Assembly: GCA_044451405.1 (NCBI GenBank) | Contig: JBIOKB010000025.1 | Span: 1-12,544, forward strand | Source of the DNA: Candidatus Babeliales bacterium | GTDB lineage: Bacteria > Babelota > Babeliae > Babelales > Vermiphilaceae | DNA: 12,544 nucleotides | Direction of reading: 5' to 3' | Part shown: positions 6,847 to 12,544 of the stretch, piece after piece | Numbering within the stretch: position 1 is the stretch's first letter | Layout of the letters: each line of letters opens with the position of its first letter | The notes under the pieces: generated by a model | Told to the model about the DNA's origin: nothing | Databases searched by the model: none | What the model saw: only the letters and a program-made list of their open reading frames with translations | Translations under genes and position numbers: made by a program

Positions 6847-7599
6847 GTGAAGCATACCCTTTCATATTCCCACGCTCATGGTGCAGTACTAATTTTTAGT
6901 CTACTTTTTTTAAGCATCTGTTTTTTTGATGGCACATGGTTGAGCAATGCGTACAATACCTATCTGCAACCGCATACAACAGCAGTTAATAAAACCCATG
7001 TTGTTATTGGTGCACCTAACAAACAATCATCAGTTGATAAACCAGCGCCGAGTGTATTGCCAGCTCACGCCTATTCACGGGTGCTTTTTTCTCCCGATGA
7101 TGACATCGCACAAGAATTGATTACCTTAATTAATCAAGAAAAAAAGAGTATTCGTGTTGCTATATTCACGTTTACTGATAGTAGGATTGCTCAAGCGCTT
7201 ATTGATGCAGCGCAGCGCAAGGTTGCTGTGGAAGTGATAGCAGATACGTCATATTTACGGGATCAGTACAGTAAAATTCCCGTGTTGCAACAGCATAACA
7301 TAGCAATTTTTACCTATAATCCTCATTACAAAGGCGTACGAACTCATAAAAAAAGAGAATACCTTGGTATCATGCATCATAAATTTATGGTTTTTGAACA
7401 GAACAAAAACAATGAAGAGATAGTTGTTTTTGGTTCATATAATCTTACGCGGTCTGCTAATTTATATAATCAAGAAAATGTAGTGATATCGAATAATCAG
7501 GAAATAATTAAACCATTCGAGCGTCAATTTGAACGACTTAAAAAGCGATGTGACAATTGTTTTGAAGAGTTACCTCAAGGACGTACAGCTATCGCATAA
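6847..7599 (+). CDS. Phospholipase D/Nuc-family protein (single HKD-type motif), N-terminal membrane anchor
   Basis: FSPDD...LINQEKKSIRVAIFTFT...IAQALIDAAQRKVAVEVIAD, MHHKFMVFE, GSYNLT and NQEN form the motif set of Nuc/MitoPLD-like PLD proteins. Confidence 0.88.
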   Translation: MKHTLSYSHAHGAVLIFSLLFLSICFFDGTWLSNAYNTYLQPHTTAVNKTHVVIGAPNKQSSVDKPAPSVLPAHAYSRVLFSPDDDIAQELITLINQEKKSIRVAIFTFTDSRIAQALIDAAQRKVAVEVIADTSYLRDQYSKIPVLQQHNIAIFTYNPHYKGVRTHKKREYLGIMHHKFMVFEQNKNNEEIVVFGSYNLTRSANLYNQENVVISNNQEIIKPFERQFERLKKRCDNCFEELPQGRTAIA

Positions 7600-7695
7600 A
7601 TAATTACGCTTTAATCAAGATCAAGACAAGAGCTAAGGGTGTGGATACAAAAAGAGGCTTCATTACTACAATTCCTTCTTAGCTCGAGCACAAGG

Positions 7696-8712
7696 CTATT
7701 CGTCTTTTGAAAAATTGCAAGAACTTTTAGGGTTTAACGGCATTGATTTAATAAGTTGTGCCATATCAGTGGGCAGCGGACAGGTAAAAGAAAATGGCAT
7801 CCCATCAAAGGTAAATGATAAAGCAGCGGCATGAAGTGCGTGGCGTTTAATGGGTGCTGGTAATGGATTATTATTATACGTAGTATCTCCGAGTAATGGG
7901 TGCCCTATGGCAGCACAATGTACCCTAATTTGGTGGGTGCGGCCCGTTACTGGTGTACATTCAACTAATGCATAGGCATCAAAATAATCTAATACCCGAT
8001 AATGAGTTAATGCATGACGTTCTTTGCCATTCATCATTGCGGCAGGAAAAGAGGCCATTTTATGTTTGTGTACTCGGTTGCGCCCAATGGCAAAATCAAT
8101 GCTGCCCTGCGCCGGAGGGTGTCCTTGTACGAGTGCAAGATAAGTTTTTGAAATAGCCCGCTGTTTAAACAGTTCAGTAAAGTGAGTATGTGCATAGTTA
8201 GTGCGTGCAATAATAAGTAGGCCAGAGGTATCTTTATCAAGGCGATGTACAATACCAGGACGATCAACAGAGCCAACATGGGCAAGGGTTGCCTCATGGT
8301 GTATGAGCCAATCAGCCAATGTTGGTTTTTCGCGTGTTGCAGCGGCATGGTGCATAATAAGATTTGCTGGTTTATTGATAATGAGAAAATGTTCGTGGGT
8401 ATAGATGATTTCTATAGCAAGCCCATGTGCTGTCAGATCAGCAGGAACAACGGCCGGTTTTTGAGGGAATGTGATAGTGATCGTATCCCCTTTCTTTAAT
8501 GGAGAGCTGGGTTTAACCGATTTTTGAGTGTTAATGTGGACGCAGTTTTGCACAATGAGATCTTTTAAAAAACTGCGGGAATAGGCAGTAAATACCTGAG
8601 CTAGGTAGGAATCAAGACGTATCTGTATATGATTGATATCAACAGTCAGGATGTGCGTAGATCCTGGTGTTGCCCGCCCTTCATCGATTCCCTTCACAGT
8701 ATTTCCCCCCAT
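7696..8712 (-). CDS. rluD: RluA-family 23S rRNA pseudouridine synthase with S4 domain (RluD-like)
   Basis: S4-like RLDSYLA...SRSFLKDLI, INKPA, catalytic RPGIVHRLDKDTSG, TGRTHQIRVH, GHPLLGD, ALHA. The exact start codon is uncertain. Confidence 0.9.
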   Translation of the reverse strand: MGGNTVKGIDEGRATPGSTHILTVDINHIQIRLDSYLAQVFTAYSRSFLKDLIVQNCVHINTQKSVKPSSPLKKGDTITITFPQKPAVVPADLTAHGLAIEIIYTHEHFLIINKPANLIMHHAAATREKPTLADWLIHHEATLAHVGSVDRPGIVHRLDKDTSGLLIIARTNYAHTHFTELFKQRAISKTYLALVQGHPPAQGSIDFAIGRNRVHKHKMASFPAAMMNGKERHALTHYRVLDYFDAYALVECTPVTGRTHQIRVHCAAIGHPLLGDTTYNNNPLPAPIKRHALHAAALSFTFDGMPFSFTCPLPTDMAQLIKSMPLNPKSSCNFSKDE

Positions 8713-8744
8713 ACGGTATCTTTAAAAAATAGTCTTTCTTATTA

Positions 8745-8772
8745 AGAGTAGAAACTGATACGTTAAAGTCAA
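8745..8772 (-). promoter_or_regulatory. Putative sigma70-type promoter of rluD
   Basis: Minus strand TTGACT (8772-8767), 16 nt, TACTCT (8750-8745). Confidence 0.45.
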
Positions 8773-8880
8773 ATGGACAATTGAAATAGACAAGGAAGGC
8801 TGAATGCTTTAATCTTGAGGTTCAACCCTCAAAGATTCCGCTGGTTACCCCATAACAACTATCAATCGTAGGAGTTACTT

Positions 8881-10236
8881 ATGAACGCCCCAAAGAATAT
8901 AATAGAAAACGTTCAAGGTCATTTAGACGATGTAATTCAAGGGTCTCCCTCAGGCCAATCATTATGGCGTGATTTTTTAACGGTGCATCCTGCAGACATC
9001 GCCCAGTTTTTTGCAGATAATGATCGGGATGTTTTAAAAACGCTGTTTTTAAAGTTGCCTCTTGAACTTAAACTTCACGTATTTGAAGAACTTTCCGATG
9101 TTTTAAAGGTGTATTGTCTTTCTTTTATGGATGAGGCAGAAAAAGTTGCTGCACTCAATACTCTGTCGGTTGATAAACTCACTGACTTATTTGATTTATT
9201 TTCTGATGAAGAGCTGAAAAAATATCTTAATTTATTACATAGTAATGCACGGCAAGAAGTTATCTCATTGATGAAATTCCACCCAGAATCAGCTGGTGGG
9301 ATTATGGATGTTCAAGTATTAACCTTTATGGATGATTTTACCGTTGAGCGGAGTATCCATCTGTTACAGCGCTTGCGCCCACGGCGTGAAGTTCATCAAC
9401 AAATTTATGTTACCGATAAACATCACAAATTAGTAGGTCATGTACAACTTGAAGATTTGGTGTTGGAAGCCCCTAATAAACGGATTTCTTCATTTATGCA
9501 CCCCAATGAATTTGTTGCTCAAGCTGATGAAGATCGAGAGGTTATTGCACAAAAGATGGTCCACTATGGGTTAATGACGGTGCCGGTAGTAGGCAAAGAG
9601 AATCGCTTTTTGGGTGTTATACCAAGTGAAACGTTGGTGGATGTTCTAGTAGAAGAAGCAAGTGAAGACGTACAAAAAATGGCGGCATTAACGCCCATGA
9701 AATATCCCTACTTTGAAACGTCTTTTTGGCGATTGCTCTGGGAACGGAGCTATATTTTGGTAGCATTGCTTCTTGCTGAATCATTTTCAGGTACCATCGT
9801 TCGTTCATATGAGACTATGCTCGGTGTTTTTTTCTTATCTTTTATTCCGATGCTTATTAGTGCTGGTGGCAATACCAGTAGCCAAACATCAGCGATGGTA
9901 ATCCAAGGTATGGCCTCAGGCGACATTCACTCTGCTAATGTGAGTCGTTTTTTACGGCGAGAATTGTTCATGGCTTTCATGCTCGCAACTATTTTAAGCA
10001 TCGTCGCTTTTATGCGAGTCTATGTAACCCTTGGCTCGCTGTTACATAGCTTTGTAGTAGCAATGGCTCTGGGGGCTATTGTGATGGTTTCTGGCGTGCT
10101 TGGCAGCTGCATTCCGTTTATCCTTAAACAGTTCCGTATAGACCCAGCATTTTCAGCCGGACCATTTTTGGCAACCATCATGGATATTCTTGGTGTGCTT
10201 ATCTATTGTTATCTAATCTCATTTATTTTGGCTTAA
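8881..10236 (+). CDS. mgtE: Magnesium transporter MgtE
   Basis: HPADIA N-domain, PESAGGIM, CBS pair (IYVTD...LVG; VPVV...FLG), transmembrane domain with GGNTSSQT and DPAFSAGPFLATIMDILG; SD AGGAG upstream. Confidence 0.96.
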   Translation: MNAPKNIIENVQGHLDDVIQGSPSGQSLWRDFLTVHPADIAQFFADNDRDVLKTLFLKLPLELKLHVFEELSDVLKVYCLSFMDEAEKVAALNTLSVDKLTDLFDLFSDEELKKYLNLLHSNARQEVISLMKFHPESAGGIMDVQVLTFMDDFTVERSIHLLQRLRPRREVHQQIYVTDKHHKLVGHVQLEDLVLEAPNKRISSFMHPNEFVAQADEDREVIAQKMVHYGLMTVPVVGKENRFLGVIPSETLVDVLVEEASEDVQKMAALTPMKYPYFETSFWRLLWERSYILVALLLAESFSGTIVRSYETMLGVFFLSFIPMLISAGGNTSSQTSAMVIQGMASGDIHSANVSRFLRRELFMAFMLATILSIVAFMRVYVTLGSLLHSFVVAMALGAIVMVSGVLGSCIPFILKQFRIDPAFSAGPFLATIMDILGVLIYCYLISFILA

Positions 10237-10270
10237 TTTTACTAGCCTGCTATGAAGATGGAGTGAAGAC

Positions 10271-10289
10271 TGGCGTCCTACCAGGGACT
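10271..10289 (-). other. tRNA 3'-end-like fragment (possible att site remnant)
   Basis: The minus strand AGT-CCCTG-GTAGGAC-G-CCA fits tRNA positions 58-76: T-loop end, 5-nt T stem strand, 7-nt acceptor strand, discriminator G, CCA. No complete cloverleaf is present. Confidence 0.45.
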
Positions 10290-10471
10290 ATTTTATAACT
10301 TTTGATCCCAGGTCTGTGGATGAGTTCCGGTATGCTTACAAGGGGTGTCCTACATAAATTTTGAGTATCGTTCTCAATTCATTGTTTTTTAACATTGCTA
10401 AGTGATAAATTCACATTGTTAATTATAATACAAAAACAAGTGTAGAAATTTCTATTGTTGGGGGCAAAATC

Positions 10472-11560
10472 ATGGATAGTTTCTCTAGGATACTCTATTT
10501 TTCATCGCTTTTAGTTTGTATGACTTTATCTGCCAATGAAACAGCTGATACAGCTCTTTTTGATGCTATTAATACATCTGATTTAGAAGGGGTAAAAGAA
10601 GCATTTAGGAACGGTGCCTCTACTGATGCTAAAGACAAAAATCAATGGAATCCATTTGCAAAAGCACTATTTCGTTATGGCATGTCTAAAGTAGGAAAAA
10701 AGATCAATAAAAATAAAGTTGACGCTAACAAGGCTGTTGTTTACGAGATTTATAATCATATGGAAACAGTTAACCCTGATGATTTTATAACAGCAGCATC
10801 CTTGGGCGGTTTAAGTGATCTAGTAGAAAAAATGATCAATGACGGCATGTCGGTTGATGTAAGAGGCACTCTTGGTCGAACAGCATTGATGACGTTGGTA
10901 CATGGGTATCCTGATTTAGACGATGTAAAATTCCTGGTGGCAAAAGGCGCTGATGTTAATGCAATAGATAAAAGAAAATCTGTACTGGCTGGAGGAAAGA
11001 CTATAGAGAGCAATGTTCTTGATTATGCACTTTCACCGGGAACCTCAGAAGCCTTAAGGGCAGCGATCTATTTGATTGATAAAGGTGCTCGGGTTACGCC
11101 ACAGCACTTTGTTCGTGCTGCCGGTAACCACAATTTTAATCTTGAGTTGGTAAAAAAGATTGATGCAAAAATAAGAAACGTTGATGCTGTTGATAATTCA
11201 GGTTTGACTGCTTTGCGCAAAGCTATCGAGTTTGGAGGAAGCAGTGAAGGCATCAATTACTTATTAGATAAAAAAGCTAATGTAAATGCCATGGTGCAGG
11301 GCGATCCGGATTCAATATTATTTACCGCAATTTTTCAATATTATTACTATAACAATATTGGTCTTACAATCATTGAGAAAATATTGAAAAACGGTGCTCA
11401 GGTTGATGACATGGCTATGGCCCTTGCTCAGGGCGACTTTCCAAAACTTATTAACTTGCTTGGTGCAGAAGAGGGTGCTGTATATGTTAATTATAAACAG
11501 CCAGATCCAGTAAAAAAAGAGCAGGTTTTGAAGTTATTACAAAAGTATAGCCAACAATAA
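10472..11560 (+). CDS. Secreted ankyrin-repeat protein
   Basis: Signal peptide MDSFSRILYFSSLLVCMTLSA; ankyrin motifs GRTALM...VKFLVAKGADVNAID, GLTALRKA...YLLDKKANVNA, ILKNGAQVD; SD-like GGGGG upstream; TATAAT at 10424-10429. Confidence 0.88.
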   Translation: MDSFSRILYFSSLLVCMTLSANETADTALFDAINTSDLEGVKEAFRNGASTDAKDKNQWNPFAKALFRYGMSKVGKKINKNKVDANKAVVYEIYNHMETVNPDDFITAASLGGLSDLVEKMINDGMSVDVRGTLGRTALMTLVHGYPDLDDVKFLVAKGADVNAIDKRKSVLAGGKTIESNVLDYALSPGTSEALRAAIYLIDKGARVTPQHFVRAAGNHNFNLELVKKIDAKIRNVDAVDNSGLTALRKAIEFGGSSEGINYLLDKKANVNAMVQGDPDSILFTAIFQYYYYNNIGLTIIEKILKNGAQVDDMAMALAQGDFPKLINLLGAEEGAVYVNYKQPDPVKKEQVLKLLQKYSQQ

Positions 11561-11585
11561 TAGCTTTCATATTAAAGGACTTCAT

Positions 11586-11765
11586 ATGCCAAAATATGAA
11601 TATAAATTTGTTAAATTAGATATAGGATGGTCAGATCCTGATTATGAAAAAGTAATTCGAGAACATGCAAATGAAGGTTGGCGGCTAACACAAATTTTTA
11701 CGTATAATTATGGATGGTGGGGTGTAGCTACTCACCTTAAAATAATCTTCGAACGTGAAATATAA
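11586..11765 (+). CDS. Small DUF4177-like protein (59 aa)
   Basis: Below the ORF-track cutoff; translated by hand: MPKYEYKFVKLDIGWSDPDYEKVIREHANEGWRLTQIFTYNYGWWGVATHLKIIFEREI. The YEYK...EGWRL...IFER pattern is typical of DUF4177. SD AAGGA at 11575-11579. Confidence 0.8.
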   Translation: MPKYEYKFVKLDIGWSDPDYEKVIREHANEGWRLTQIFTYNYGWWGVATHLKIIFEREI

Positions 11766-11766
11766 A

Positions 11767-12234
11767 ATGAGTTTTATTATCCGCACCTTACAAGAATCAG
11801 ATATATCGCAAATCAACCAGTTATTCATCGATACTGTTCACGCAGTTAATATCCATGACTACACGCAAGAACAATTAGATGTCTGGGCCCCTAAAAATAG
11901 AACTGCTGAACATTGGAAAACAAGATTGAGGGATCACATCGCATACGTTGCTGATGCAGACGGATTAATTGTTGGTTTTGCTGATATTACAAAAGATGGT
12001 TATGTAGATCATGTATATATACACAAGGATTTTCAAGGCAAGGGCATCGCAAGCGCCTTATTGCAGCGGTTAGAAAACGATGCTCAAGCAATGGGGTTAC
12101 ATGAATTGCGTACAGAGGCGAGTATCACTGCAAAACCATTCTTTGAAAAAAAAGGTTTTATCGTAACATCTAAACAGGATAAAACGTTCAATGGCATGGT
12201 GTTTACCAACTATTGCATGCGTAAAAAGATATGA
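11767..12234 (+). CDS. GNAT-family N-acetyltransferase (YafP-like)
   Basis: DYTQEQLDVWAP, IVGFADI, YIHKDFQGKGIASALL (acetyl-CoA motif A), EASITAKPFFEKKGF. The ATG at 11767, just after the DUF4177 stop, is preferred over the GTG at 11755. Confidence 0.9.
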   Translation: MSFIIRTLQESDISQINQLFIDTVHAVNIHDYTQEQLDVWAPKNRTAEHWKTRLRDHIAYVADADGLIVGFADITKDGYVDHVYIHKDFQGKGIASALLQRLENDAQAMGLHELRTEASITAKPFFEKKGFIVTSKQDKTFNGMVFTNYCMRKKI

Positions 12235-12243
12235 TTGATGTAG

Positions 12244-12544
12244 CTAACCAATACATTGACCATATTTATAATAATGTTTTTCATTCATATGCTTGTCTTT
12301 TAATAATTGGCCTATGCAATTTCGTTGCTCATCAGTTAATTTTTCAGGACTTTGTTTTTTATATTGAAACATATCGAGCATCTTAATCTGCTCTTCATAT
12401 GCAGTAACACCATCGGCATCTAATGAAGGGACGTATTCTTTAAGATTCCTTCTAATTTCATTCTTCGCGTCTTCTTTTTCATAGCCCAATTTTTGCATGG
12501 CTCCATACAATAGCCCGATACGGATGCGAAGCACACGATCAACA
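12244..12544 (-). CDS. Hypothetical protein, C-terminal part (frame open to the window edge)
   Basis: The frame continues upstream of 12534 (V-D-R) with no stop; charged, helical-looking sequence; convergent with the GNAT gene. Confidence 0.6.
   Translation of the reverse strand, partial: VDRVLRIRIGLLYGAMQKLGYEKEDAKNEIRRNLKEYVPSLDADGVTAYEEQIKMLDMFQYKKQSPEKLTDEQRNCIGQLLKDKHMNEKHYYKYGQCIG

Noticed and set aside
6847-7599. PLD as part of an anti-phage system (e.g. DISARM DrmC-like)
   Set aside because: There are no helicase, methylase or other defence partners, it has a membrane anchor, and it sits among housekeeping genes.
8713-8880. M-box (ykoK) riboswitch upstream of mgtE
   Set aside because: No recognisable M-box conserved sequence, and the region is short and shared with the divergent rluD promoter.
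10237-10380. Complete tRNA, 6S RNA, SRP RNA or fluoride riboswitch
   Set aside because: There is partial pairing and a GATGGAGT...TCCTAC resemblance, but no full cloverleaf, no SRP helix-8 motif and no correct fluoride riboswitch architecture. An Rfam scan would settle it.
4029-11256. Short alternative-frame and antisense ORFs inside the tamB-like, rluD, mgtE and ankyrin genes
   Set aside because: They overlap well-supported genes and have no recognisable motifs.
11755-11766. GTG start of the GNAT ORF at 11755
   Set aside because: It overlaps the end of the DUF4177-like gene; the ATG at 11767 (MSFIIR) gives a typical GNAT N-terminus.
11586-12234. Small ORF plus GNAT as a type II toxin-antitoxin pair
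   Set aside because: The small protein is not an RHH/DUF1778-type antitoxin, and the GNAT is YafP-like rather than AtaT/TacT-like.

Overview
Bacterial DNA, with sigma70-like promoters, Shine-Dalgarno sites and ATGA-coupled genes. The signal-peptide-bearing eukaryote-like proteins suggest an intracellular, host-associated bacterium, plausibly Ca. Babelota/Dependentiae (inference only). The main feature is at 1-3332 (minus strand): a translationally coupled operon of at least four paralogous genes. One of them (<1-284) is missing from the ORF track. Each gene encodes a near-identical Sec signal peptide, a basic NLS-like patch and an array of eukaryotic Kruppel-type C2H2 zinc fingers (3, 6, 5 and >=1) with TGE(K/R)P-like linkers and diversified recognition helices. 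The three complete genes also encode a Pro/Ser/His/acidic tail ending EDGNL. This looks like a family of secreted, host-nucleus-targeted transcription-factor mimics, a zinc-finger analogue of TAL effectors. Next come a prepilin-type protein, a TamB/DUF490-like protein, a single-motif PLD/Nuc-family protein with an HxKx4E variant, rluD and mgtE. After mgtE lies a 19-nt tRNA 3'-end-like fragment, a possible att scar. It is followed by an accessory block: a secreted ankyrin-repeat protein, an unlisted 59-aa DUF4177-like ORF, a GNAT acetyltransferase and a partial hypothetical gene.
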